The translations under genes and the position numbers were made by a program. This document shows, in pieces, positions 31,797 through 43,775 of a DNA stretch of 64,000 nt (positions are counted from its first letter, which is position 1; every line of letters begins with the position of its first letter). This DNA is from an uncultured Verrucomicrobiae bacterium. GTDB taxonomy: Bacteria > Verrucomicrobiota > Verrucomicrobiia > Palsa-1439. The DNA is taken from NCBI GenBank assembly GCA_963812605.1, contig CAWEWF010000002.1, forward strand, positions 1 to 64,000, in the 5' to 3' direction. A model generated the notes under the pieces. That model did no database searches. It was not told the DNA's origin and worked only from the letters and a program-made list of their open reading frames with translations.

Positions 31797-34536
31797 ATGC
31801 TGTCGCCGAAAACGAAATACAGCCTGATTAACGCCAAGCAGTACTTTGAGGAACACCTCTGCGCTGGCGATTATTACAGCGAGAGCGAACGCGTCCTGGG
31901 GCAATGGTTGGGAAACGGCGCTGAGCTTCTGGGACTGTCGGGCCGGGTAGGCCAAGAGGAATTTCTCCGCCTGTGCGACAACCTCCACCCACAGACCGGG
32001 GAGCGATTGACGCAACGACTCAAGACCACCCGCACGGTCGTCGATGAAACCGGTCGGGCCTATGAAGTGGCGAATCGGCGAATCTTCTTTGACTTCACCT
32101 TCTCACCACCCAAATCGGTTTCGATTGCGGCCCTGGTCGGTAATGATCCACGCATTGTGGAAGCCCACCACCGTGGCGTGGAAGCGGCGTTGCGGGAACT
32201 GGAGCAGTTCGCGGGAACGCGGGTGCATGCGGGAGAACGAATGACCGACCGCACCACCGGGAACATAGTTTGTGCCATCTTCCGGCACGATACGTCGCGG
32301 GCGCTTGATCCGCATCTGCACAGCCACTGCATCGTGTTCAACGCCACGCGCGACCCCGTCGAAGGCCGTTGGAAAGCCTTGCAGAATTTCGAGATGCTGC
32401 GGGCGCGTAAATACGTGGAGAATGTCTATTACCACGAGTTGGCGCGTGATCTGAAACAATGGGGTTACAACATCGTCAACCATCCGCGCGGTGACTTTGA
32501 GATTCAGGGTGTTTCCCCGGAATTGTGCGAACGGTTCTCCAAACGACATCAGGAAATCGATCAGAAGACCCGCGATCTCTTGGCACAGAATCCCGAACTG
32601 GCTGGTGGGAACGTCGCCCAGATCCGCGAGAACGTGGCTCAGAAGAACCGAGCGCGGAAACTCAAGAACGTTCCACAGGCAAACGCTCCAGGCACTTTGG
32701 GGGAGCCAGGTTACCGAAACTGAGAAAGCAGCGATCTCGGCGTTGCAGCATGGTGCGCTGCTGAAGCCGGATGAGTCGAAAGCGGGCGATGCACTGGCCG
32801 CCGTTACCTGGGCGGAGGAGCACCTGTTCGACCGCCGGTCCGTGGTTCTGGAGCACGAGTTATGGCGGCACGCCTTGGAGCACGCGCGCGGTCAAAACAT
32901 CACGCTCACGGCTATTCGACAAGCCACGCGTGATCGGGATTACATCCGCGCCGACCGTGGCCCATTTCAAATCACGACCCGGGCGGCGTTGGAACGGGAA
33001 TGGGCCATCGTGTGCCTGGCGAGACACGGGAGTGGTCGGTTCCGCCCGTTCAGCAATCACTTCTCGTCTTCCAAGCGTTGCTCTTGACCCGGACCAGCGG
33101 AGGGCGGCTGAGCATATCCTGGCTTCGCGCGACTTCGTCACCTTGTTTCGCGGCGGGGCCGGCACCGGAAAGAGCTTTACGTTGCGGGAGGTCAAGAATG
33201 GTCTTCGGACAGCCGGGCATTCCCTGCAAGTCCTCGCGCCGCAACGGCAGCAAGTCATTGACCTGGAGCGAGACGGAATGACGGGAGCCCAAACGGTGAG
33301 CGAGTTTCTCACGAAGCAGGACATGCCTCGGGGTGCCGTCATCATGGTGGATGAGGCCGGTCAGATTGGCGCGAAACAGATGCAACGACTGTTGCGTTTC
33401 GTCCGAGATAACCATGGCCGCGTCATCCTCTCCGGCGACACGCGGCAGCACGGCGCCGTCGAGGCATCCGATGCACTTCGGGCCATTGAGAAATACTCCG
33501 GTCTACGAGCGGCAGAACTCCAGGAGATCCGACGACAGGACCCCGCTCGCGCCCGGACCAAAGCGGAGCAAGCACAGATCATCGAGTACAGGCAGGCGGT
33601 GAAGGAAGCATCCGAAGGGAAGTTGGTGGATTCATTTCGCCGTTTGGATCGGCAGGCGCAATTGTGGAGTGTGAGTCCCTCAACCAACAGGAGCGAGCTT
33701 GCGGAGACGTTCCTCGAATTAGCGGAAGGCAACCACTCGGTCGTGGTGGTTTCGCAAACGCGGTCGGAGATCCATCAGGTGAATGACCATGTGCGCTCGG
33801 CCCTGAGATCGCGTGGCAGGATCGGCGCGAACGAGCAGGTAGTGGCGGCGCTTGAACCGGTCGATCTGACGGCAGCGCAGAAACGGGATCGGCGTTTCTA
33901 CGATGAGAACAGCGTGGTGCTCCTGAACCGTAACGCGGGCGGTTTCAGGAAAGGCGAAACGGCACGTCTCGTAGCCATCACCCAGACCGGGTTGGTGCTG
34001 GAAGGTGGAGAGAGAATACGGAGAGTACCCGTTCCGATTCCTGGACCGGTTGACTGTTTGCCAGCCTCGCGAACTCGCGTTGAGCATCGGGCGACCGTCT
34101 GCAACTGAAAGCCAATGGCCGCACCCGGCAGGGCCGTCGTCTGGCCAACGGCGAACTGGTCACAGTGGACAGAGTCCTGAACGGTGGCCGCGTCAGGCTG
34201 CAAGATGGACGCATTCTCGAAAGCGATTACCGGCAGTTCGTGCGGGGCTTTGCCATCACCTCGTATGCGTCGCAAGGCAAGACAGTCGATTACGTCCTGT
34301 TCTCTGATTCGACGATCAAGGCCGCGACCAACCAGCAGCAGTGGTACGTGACGATTTCGCGGGGGCGCAGGGGAATACGGGTTTTCACCAGCGACAAGGA
34401 GCAACTGCGGGAAAACATCTGCCGGTCCGGTGACCGCGAATTGGCCTTGGACATGGCTGGGGCGCTCCGGCAAGGGATGGACGTGGGCGTGAGTATGGAC
34501 AAAGCACAAGGCATCGGACGATCACCTTCCGTTTGA
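31797..34536 (+). CDS. MOB-F (TrwC/TraI-like) relaxase-helicase (several frameshifts)
   Basis: GDYYSE, FDFTFSPPKSVS, HDTSRALDPHLHSH, GGAGTGKS, VDEAGQ, SGDTRQH, TSYASQGKTVD and YVTISRGR. Confidence 0.9.
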
Positions 34537-34544
34537 GGAAACCT

Positions 34545-35012
34545 ATGAAACGAAGCCAAAGTAAAGACGCACCTTCGGGTGACCCGCCGAAAGGGAATTT
34601 TCTCTCGTGGAACAGAGCCGGTCAGCCAAGGTGTCTGCGGGTCGAATTGGCTGACGGCACCTTCTATGTGTTCCCGTACCAACACCTAGCCCACGTGAAA
34701 TTTGAGCCGGGAACCGACGAGACGATCAACATCACCATCTCTAGCCACGAGGTGAAGATCACGGGCAAGAACTTGCGAGAGTTGGCCTTGGCGTTTCAAA
34801 AATTCACGATTGATTGGGTGAAGGAATTGCAGGCCGGGACGCTTCGTTGCGGCTGCCAATGGCGAGGGCGTCCATATTGCCAGCATCGCGGTCACCAAAA
34901 TTCAAGCGTCGCAATGACCGGGTCTATCTTTGCTGATATGCGCCGCAAATTTATCTTTTTTGACTTGCAATTTATGCCCTCCAATCGCTCATATGTACTG
35001 ACTTATACGTGA
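34545..35012 (+). CDS. Hypothetical protein downstream of the relaxase (3' end uncertain)
   Basis: Protein-like ORF (LRVELADGTFYVFPYQHL...ITGKNLREL); probable frameshift near 34840. Confidence 0.55.
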   Translation: MKRSQSKDAPSGDPPKGNFLSWNRAGQPRCLRVELADGTFYVFPYQHLAHVKFEPGTDETINITISSHEVKITGKNLRELALAFQKFTIDWVKELQAGTLRCGCQWRGRPYCQHRGHQNSSVAMTGSIFADMRRKFIFFDLQFMPSNRSYVLTYT

Positions 35013-35037
35013 GGGTGGGGAGAAAGGGGGTTGGCGT

Positions 35038-35731
35038 ATGCAAGGCGAGACGCCAGTGAAATTTGAAGGGCCGGGCAAACGGCAAGTCTTGGTCGTCGAT
35101 GATCACACCAGTGTGCGGATGGCACTGCGATTCGTGATTAATGGCGAGCCGGACATGGTCGTTTGCGGTGAGGCTGAGGATGCGCAACCCGCGCTGGCAT
35201 TGGTCGAACAACTGCTGCCCGGACCTCGTGATCGTCGATATTGCTCTGAAATACTCGCACGGGTTGGACCTGCTTCGCGACTTGCACATTCGCTATCCGA
35301 GTATGCGGCTATTCGTCCATTCCGCTCACAACGAAGAGCTGTATGCCCCGTTGTGCTTCGATTGCGGCGCGTACGGGTACATGAACAAGGGCCAGGATAT
35401 ACAGACTATCGTTCACGCCATCCGGACAGTGTTGGATGGGGGAGTATATCTTAGCCCACGGATGTTGCAGTGGTTTACCGGTTGCGCGCTGACCCGCGAA
35501 ACGGTTGAGATGGCACACCCACTTGGTATGCTCAGCCCGCGCGAATTACAGGTTTTCGAGATGTTGGGGCGGGGGCTGGATATCAAGGAGATCGCCGGGC
35601 AACTCTCGCTGGACCACAAGACCGTCGAGCTTTACCGTCAACGCATCAAGACCAAGCTGGGGGTCAACTCGGCGTCCGCAGTGCTTCGTGCTGCTGTTTT
35701 GTGGGACAATTCACCCGCGTCGTCAGACTGA
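35038..35731 (+). CDS. NarL/LuxR-family response regulator (frameshift near 35220)
   Basis: VLVVDDH...VCGEAED, PDLVIVDIAL and LSPRELQVFEMLGRGLDIKEIA. Confidence 0.85.
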
Positions 35732-36112
35732 TGAACCTGCGTCCGATTCTTTAGACCAAGATTACGGACGACCCGCTGGCCGCGGGCGGGTAGCGGCTGT
35801 GGTTTATACCGGCGTCAACAGACCTACTCCTTTGACCTACACGAGAATCTTCCTTTTCCCGTCATGACGGATTTCGTGCGCTGCGGTAGAACAGGCGCAC
35901 GAGATGATCACTGAGACCCTACGGTTGGCAAACCTAACGGCGCAATACGCCGCGCTCGTCATTCTCACGGCTGGAGAACTGGCTCCACTGTCGCCTGCAA
36001 CATGCGGTCGGGAGATGTCCTGTCACCGGGTCGACCAGAAGTCAGTCGATCATCTGAGAACCTTCATGTTTCACCTGAACACGCTTCGTGCGGAAAACGT
36101 TGGCGGCGACAG

Positions 36113-36463
36113 ATGAAGTACCTAAATATGGTGGGGCCTCAGATACGCAAGTTGCGGTATGTGAGGGGGTGGTCGCAGGAGAAGCTCGCGGAGAAACTGC
36201 AGCTACTGGGCTGGGACATCGGCCGCGTGAGCCTGGCCAAGATCGAATCCCGGCTGGTGCACGTGGAAGAATATGAGTTGCTCTTCTTCGCCAGGGCGTT
36301 CAACGTTCGTCTGGACGACCTCTTTCCCCCGATCGATACGGGGCGTCAAATGCGTGACGTAGTAGCAGAGTTGATGCACCGAAGAACGTCCTCAGAAGCT
36401 TCTCTCAAAAAAGTGATTGCGGTTGGAAAGATAGCGAGGGCTCCGCGCCGATGGTCGGATTGA
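36113..36463 (+). CDS. XRE-family HTH transcriptional regulator
   Basis: VGPQIRKLRYVRGWSQEKLAEKLQ...SLAKIESR. Confidence 0.85.
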   Translation: MKYLNMVGPQIRKLRYVRGWSQEKLAEKLQLLGWDIGRVSLAKIESRLVHVEEYELLFFARAFNVRLDDLFPPIDTGRQMRDVVAELMHRRTSSEASLKKVIAVGKIARAPRRWSD

Positions 36464-36566
36464 TGATTTCGGCGGACCAGCCCGCCTTGGAACAAGTTTA
36501 TGGCGCGAGACGGATGCGATAAAAGCGTAGTCTGGCGAGTTGGTCGCGCCACCAGTATCTGTCCAG

Positions 36567-39500
36567 TTAGTGAATACGGCCCCTGACCGGGAAGATGATC
36601 TCCGGGATTAGTATCGCTGAAGTTACCGCTGCCAACCATGCTAGTACCGGGTGCCGCACCACGTCCGTCCGTCCGCCTCCAGCCTGCCAAGCAATAAGCG
36701 TGTTATTCCCATTCCGAGCAAGCGACGTAATACGGAATACTGAGGCCGGATTGGTCGGATTAAGCCCCACCAGATACTTCAGCAGGTTGTTCTGGCCGGT
36801 GCCGTCTGCATCACAAGTAGCGCAGGAAACGCTGTTGGTGTCGGTGCCGCCCCCGCCAAAGTATTGCGCCCGCCACCAATCTGGAATTCCGTCGCCCACA
36901 CTGTCACCTGAATTCTGCGTAACGGAGAAAGTCTGCCGGCGATGGCCAAGGAGCCACTCCGGGCCGTGGTGTTGGAATTGACTGCAACGGCGTAGTTGAC
37001 TGTGCCATTGCCTGTGCCATTGCTGCCCGAGTTGATTGTGATCCAGTTTGTACTGCTGGCGGCCATCCACACACAATTACTTGTCGGGCAGGCCACTGTC
37101 ACATTGCTTACGCCACCAGAAGAGCCAAAGTTGGCAACATTCGGGTCGATGGCGAAGTTGCAGATCAGCGGAGACTGGTTCGTTGTGAGCGAAATGTCGA
37201 CGCGATAGAACTTCTTGGATTGCACAGCGTTAAGGTCAGTTGTAGTGACCTGATTGCCGTTGGTCAGCGGGCCTGCAAGGCCCATGAGTGGCGACCAAGC
37301 GCTGCTTACCAACTCGGTAGTGAATTGCAGGGTGTACGTCGGCCCTATTACCATCGGGCTAAAGATCAAGTTCTTCTGCGCGGGCTGACCGGCAACATTG
37401 ACGATTTGCAAAATGAAGATCGACGCTGGATTCGTCGGGTTGAGTCCAGCCACGTACTTGAACAAGTTGTTTTGGCCCGTGCCATCGGCGTCGCAGGTTG
37501 CACAGGAATGGTTGTTGGTAGTTGTACCGCTGCCGCCAAAATACTGCTGTCGCCAAGAATCGGGTATCCCGTCACCGACACTGTCCACACCCGGGCCAAC
37601 GGGCACGTTGAACGCAAGCAGCATCTTCGAATAGTTCGTTACCGCGCCAACTGCCGCAACTGACTCCACTGAATACTGGAGATATTGTGACGGCGAAAGC
37701 GACACCGTTGGCTCGGAATACACTCCGACACCTGCGGGAACCTGTCCCACCTTGGAATAGCTGCCATATGGCATTACCGCGCGGTAGATGTCATATCGAA
37801 CCACATCGCGGTCGTTGTAGCCGTCGTCCTCCGACAACGCCCACATGATGATGTTCGTGCCGTCTTGACCAAATCGTGCCGCAACCGAGGTCGGCGGAGT
37901 TGGAGGGCTAATTATGGTCGAGACCTCAATTGCTGATGACAGTGGGCTCTCATTCCCCGTTGTGTCGAGTGCACTGACGGCCACGAAGTAGTTTGAGCCG
38001 AGGGTCAGGCCGCGAAGTAGTACATTCGTGCTGCTAACCTGTACTGGTGACGGCATTCCCTCCACGGAGGCGGTTCCATCGTAAGGCGGCCCATTCTGCC
38101 CCGCTTGGTAGTAAACCGGTAGCGGCAAGGTCCGATTGGTATTGGCAGCCCACGACACCCAAATCCGGCTTTGTCCGGGGGATACGGACACACCCGTCGG
38201 CGTGGCCGGTGGCGTGGTGTCAATCAGGTTGATCTCGACACTGCCGGACGCACCTCCCGCAACTGAAGCGAGATTCACCTTTGCGACCGTTCCTCCCGTT
38301 GGCGCTTGCAATAACAAAGTCACCGTTCCGTTGCTGCTGACGACTTGGACGCCCGGGATGTTCGTATCGGCGTTTGCATTCAAAAGTTGAACACCTGTTG
38401 CCGTCGCAGTGAAAAGCCATTGTTGGGTGGCGACAGCGCCCGTGTTCAGCATCAGGTTGCTGACAACCACCGACATCTGGGTAACACCGTCGGCGGGCAA
38501 TGCGTTCGTGCTGGGGATCAATTGCAAATTCCCCGTGAGCAGAGGCGGGGCCACCGCAAACGTGCCAAGGTTTGTGATCGTGGCTGTGACCGTGTTGGAA
38601 ACAGTGTTCACTGTACCGCCGACCAATTGCCAATGATTCGAGCCATCCGGGAGCCAATAAATCTGCAAACTAGTCGGGTCCAGCCCCACAACATCCGCAT
38701 TGCTGTAGGTGATGCTCAGAATCGCAGTTCCATTGAATGTGTTGGTGCTGGCAAACCGATAAATGCCGCCGATGCCGTACACGTAGTTGCTGGCGCCATC
38801 TGGCGGAAGATAAACTCCCTGAGTCCCGCTTTCAGACGCCAACGGACGAAAGCTTAGAAGGCTCGTATTACCGCTGCCTGTCGTCAAGTGGGGCGCCCAT
38901 GACGAAACAACTTGCGCGCCCGAAGCCAAATCGCCAGCAAGGATGTTCAAATCCGCTTGACCAGTCGAGATGATCGTGTTGCCGCCGCTCTGAACACGCG
39001 TTATGAGTTGCTTGAAAGCGTCAAAAATGACGGGTGCTGCGTTGATTTCCCATTGTGATAACAAGTCTGGCCAAGTCACGGATGGGAAATAATTTGTTGT
39101 TATTGCAGGATACGATTCTGTAGGATAATGGGCAACTCCAACAACGGCTCCGCGTTCGACCACTGCTTCAGCACCGCGCTCACACTCTCCATCTACATTC
39201 AAACCAATCTCCGTCAAGTCCACATTTAACCCAAGATCGAATCCGTTGGTGGCAGCGTAAACCGACCGTTCGTAGGTTATAGGACTCCCTGTGTATAGCA
39301 TTTCCCATTTTTCTGTCAGTCCACGTGGATAATTTGGAAGGTCATATTGCTGCCAGTCTCCAAGAAGTCCGGACCAATAGGTTCTAAGTTCGACAAGGCC
39401 AATTTCCCAGACACTTCTGTACGATAAGGGCTTGTGCCACCTTGTTGGTCCAATTCTTCCAAAGGAGTGACCCACCGTAATTGAGGTTTAAGAAGAAACC

Positions 39501-42500
39501 ACCTTGGAATGGCAAGCCAGACGAAGCTGAAACTTGCTGGGCCGTATCCTTTATCTCCGCGGCAATGCCAAGGTCTGCCATCACACTGCATTCTCCTGTC
39601 AATCCAAGGACGGTCGCCGACTCGCCATGCGCAAATGACTTTTTATAGCCAACTATCGCAGCGATATCAGCGAAGCATTCGCTTCAAAGCTGACGGGGGT
39701 ACTTTGACCGCTTGCGTCGAGAAAAGCGACACTTCCAAGAGTGCCTTGAAGATTGCCACCGACTTGAAAATCGCCTTCCACCGATTGGAGGTTTCCAAAA
39801 AACGACGGTTCAATGTTTGTTTTGACATTGTCATAAAACAACCATTCAAAAGCATCCAGTGCACCGCTTTCTGTAATCAGATTCCCTAAATCCAGATACA
39901 GCTTCAGCGCGTTCTCATTTGGATTAGATGAATTCGGGTCTGCAAATAAATATGTAGATTTCAGGGACCGGACCACCGAATAGTCCTGCGCCAGCAGAAA
40001 AGCCTCCACTATGATTAAACGATACGGAACTCGCTTGCAGAGAAGCGCCTACGTCGAAACCTGCGCCGATGCTTACCGTAATCTCGTCAGAGTCGATACG
40101 CGAGATAGACTCATTGTTTGTCGTTAGGCCAACAATATTGTGCCGCACTTCACTTTCAGCAGAGACATTACCTCCGATGCTGACACCCGGGAACCGGCAA
40201 TGGAACATTAACCCCCTCACCCAGTTGATGCCTCCACACCTGATCGTATTGGCGCGCGATAACCTGCGCTTGGAATGATAATGTCTGTTGGACTTGATCC
40301 CCCACGCTGACTGCAGTGTTTGAACCGTACCGACTGCACCCAAGACGGATGAGGGAATGCAAACGCACACTGTTCCAATTCCATCTCCGAAAGAAACGCC
40401 GGCAACTTCGCCCGGCCAAATACTTGAAATGTCGTTTGTCTGAGGGATTGCAGTGCCACCCGCCTGCACCAAAACAGCAATCCCGCCTTGCGGGCCGTTA
40501 GTGGAATTTACAACGCAATAGTAGCGGTACGCCGTGCCGCCTTGTTCAATCGTTGTTATACTTGGATTCACGTCCGGCGATATTCGGATGAGATGATACG
40601 GCCCGCCCGTACCCGTGAGCGGAATATCGCCCACATTTTCGGTTCCGGATGGCACATTCACACCGGTCAACTGCACCAAAGTGTAATCAGCGGCAGAGAC
40701 ATCCACGACATAACCGTTAGCAGCAGGAATATTGGGCAGTGTGAATGTCCCGTCGCCGAGTGTGCTTGTGGCAAAAGGTTTGTTTTTAACCCTCACCTGC
40801 GCGTTAGCCAGTGGTGAGCCGTTGCCCAACACGCGACCAGTGAGCGCGCCTGTTGCGACATTGCGGGTATCAAGTGTAAAGATGGGAGACACTGCTTGTG
40901 CGAAGTTCCCGCCACCGGGTATTGATAGTTGAATACGCATAGTCCGGGACAGTGTATTTGGAAGGTCTAACCCGGCGTTCCAAATCAAATGATAGTTGGA
41001 ACCGGAGCCGACGGCCGTGGTCACACCGTCACCGGTGATGTTGGCCGGCTGCAGGGTGTAGGAAGCTCCGCTGTTGGTGGAAACCGAGGCTGACACAAAC
41101 ACGGAAGCGGTCACCCCACTCAAGTCGTAGTACACATCCACTAAATCTGTGCCGGTGCGCTGTACTGCACGCACCTTAGAGAGAGCAGCGCTGCTGCCAG
41201 CACTCAAGATCGTGTAAGAAAGATTATCGATTGCGAATCCGTCCGGTTCGCTTCCGACAATAGCTATAGTAAAACCCCCGATGGGGACGGGAATAGAGAA
41301 CTCCTCGATTCCAATCTGTGTGTCTGACGCGAGCCAAGTACCACTCCGTTTGTGTCGAACCAAGTGACAACCGTGCTTCCAATCTTATCGAAGTAGCCGG
41401 CATCGAAAGTGACGTTGTAGGCAACCGTTCTGATAGCCGGATCAGATGGCTCTACGAAGATGACAGTAATAGGGCCCTGGAACTGCGGTGATCCGGACAG
41501 CACCGGCGAAGTTGGATCGGAACCGTCTGCAGTGATGAATGCTGGGCCGTTGGTTCCTGATGAAAACAAAACGCCGGAGGACGAGTATTGGTTGCTGATT
41601 AGCGTTCCTACGGGAAACTCACTGAACGTCTCTGTATTGATCGTGTAATTGTCGACACTGGAGCTCGACTCCAGCGCTCGCAATGCTCCCCACGACATTA
41701 GCGCCCGCCATACTCTGGACCACCACATCGTAAATGCCGACTTCATCCGGTTGCACGTTGCTAAGTGTAAGTGTGCTATTCGTGGCTCCGTTGATGTCGG
41801 CACCATCTACCTGCCATTGATATACCAACGGCAATGCGCTTACCGCTGTGACGCTAAAAATCGCAGTTGAACCAATATTCGCATATTGATCTTGGGGCTG
41901 CGTCGTGATCGCGAGAGCGAGGTTTGTCACAATCGTCACATTGTCCATCGCGAAATGCTCGGCGCTCGAACTATCGCCGGGATGGGGTGTGCCTCCGTAG
42001 GAATTGAAATACACCTCATTTACTCCGAGATAATTGAAGTTGATCAGGGTGGGAGCAGTCGCACTCAACGTGTAGAGGTTGGAATATGTCAACGAGGCAT
42101 CTACGAATCCCAACACTTCCACCTGTAAATTGTCACGCCACGCAGCGGTCATGTAAGCGGATACGAAATTAAACGGTTGAGCACTGGTGATACTGCCTGA
42201 ATTCCCTGACCAATTGTAAGCCACGTTGGGCGGAGAAATCGTGGCGGCGGGATAGCCGCTTGGATTGCCCACATTCGTCGCGCCATCCCAGTAGCCGAAA
42301 TTATTCCAATTCAGCCCCTGATAACCGGCCGGTATGTTCAATCCGTTTGTAGTCACCGTCAGATCGTCGAACGTTATTAGGGATGTACTGGAGGTGGGAT
42401 AAATCGTCAGAACGGCCCCGACACTTGCCGCTGACCCAATATTGTTGCTCACTATTACCGAATACGTCCCTGTGTCAGGCGCGGACACATTGCTTACCGT

Positions 42501-43328
42501 AAGAGTGGTCGCGCTAGAGCCGGCAATATTGTCTCCATCCGTTAAGTTGCTTCCGTTCTTCTGCCACTGATAACTCAAGGGGGCCGTGCCGACAGCCGTC
42601 ACTGTGAAGTTTGCGTTCCCTCCAATGGCAGCAGCCTGCCCCACAGGTTCCGTAGAAATGCGTGGATTCAGGTTTGTCACAATCGTCACGTTGTCCATAG
42701 CGAAATGCTCAGCGCTCGAACTATAGCCGAGATGGGGTGTGCCTCCGTAGGAGTTGAAATACACCTCGTCTACTCCGAGATAATTGAAGTTGATCAGGAT
42801 GGGAGCAGTTGCACTCAACGTGTAGACGTTTGAATATGTCAACGAGGTACCTACGAATCCCAACACTTCCACCTGTAAATTGTCACGCCACGCAGCGGTC
42901 ATGTAAGCGGATACGAAATTAAACGGTTGAGCACTGGTGATGCTGCCTGGATTCCCTGACCAATTGTAAGCCACGTTGGGCGGAGAAATCGTGGCGGCGG
43001 GATAGCCGCTTGGATTGCCAGCATTCGTCGCCCCATCCCAGTAGCCGAAATTATTCCAATTCAGTCCCTGATAGCCTGCCGGTACATTCAATCCGGTTGT
43101 AGTGACGGTGAGATTGTCGAAGGTCACAAGCGTCTGTTGTGCGGGAGCGTTAGTTGGTCCGGATACCAATAAGAGAACGAGAGATCCAAGCCAGACGGAG
43201 GTAAGCGGCTTGAGCCAAATCCCCAGCCGACTCGGGGGAGCGCGAAATACATCGGCCATCCCGCCAGTTGTTACGGCCTCGCCTGGCTCTAGCGGACTGC
43301 GGTGCCAATCATAACTACGATCTCGCAT
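36567..43328 (-). CDS. Giant secreted/surface protein (~2200 aa) with Ig, FN3, carboxypeptidase-regulatory-like and BACON-like domains; multiply frameshifted
   Basis: Abutting minus-strand ORFs; signal-like TM near the N-terminus; Ig motifs (PLSYQWQKNG, DTGTYSVIVSN); FN3 (DTTPPATPTG...GNES); DGIPDxW repeats. Confidence 0.75.
41921..43125. repeat. Near-identical ~450-bp intragenic duplication (copies at ~41921-42372 and ~42671-43122)
   Basis: Long exact runs are shared at a 750-bp offset, e.g. CACCTGTAAATTGTCACGCCACGCAGCGGTCATGTAAGCGGATACGAAATTAAACGGTTGAGCACTGGTGAT. Confidence 0.9.
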
Positions 43329-43473
43329 CTTACCCTCGCCCAGATTCGGGTTGGTTTTCTGTATCAGATTCAGACTCCAAATCCAATCACAATCAGAGAG
43401 GGGAAGAAGGTGTCTGGAGGTATTCATCGAGACGCAAACGTGGGCTGTCAAATGGAGTTTCGTGCAATCGATT

Positions 43474-43518
43474 TTGTTCCCAAATGGGAACAACTTACCA
43501 GCCGGTGACGAGTACACT
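43474..43518 (+). promoter_or_regulatory. Palindromic operator plus -10 box for the excisionase operon (copy 3)
   Basis: TTGTTCCC-AAAT-GGGAACAA (43474-43493), 19 nt, TACACT (43513-43518), 7 nt, ATG 43526. Confidence 0.75.
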
Positions 43519-43525
43519 CGCGGCA

Positions 43526-43756
43526 ATGTCAGGGAACAACGAAGCAGTGAATACCTCGCCACAGGCACCCGCACCATCGCTGCCGGATTCAGAACGCCTT
43601 GCGTATTCCGTCGAGGAAGCGGCGCAGCTATTAGGTGTGCACTACTTCAGTGTCTACCGGATGATCCAGCGCGGGAAACTTCGCCCCTGCCGTGTGCTGC
43701 GCGGCAAACTACTCGTGCCTCGGTCGGAACTGCTCAAACTCTTGAAGACTGAATGA
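43526..43756 (+). CDS. Excisionase-like HTH_17 protein
   Basis: RLAYSVEEAAQLLGVHYFSVYRMIQRGKL...LVPRSEL. Confidence 0.85.
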   Translation: MSGNNEAVNTSPQAPAPSLPDSERLAYSVEEAAQLLGVHYFSVYRMIQRGKLRPCRVLRGKLLVPRSELLKLLKTE

Positions 43757-43775
43757 GGGCACGGAAAGGAGACGC

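Noticed and set aside
41921-43125. Diversity-generating retroelement TR/VR pair
   Set aside because: Both copies are in-frame coding domains, differences do not appear adenine-specific, and no reverse transcriptase is present.
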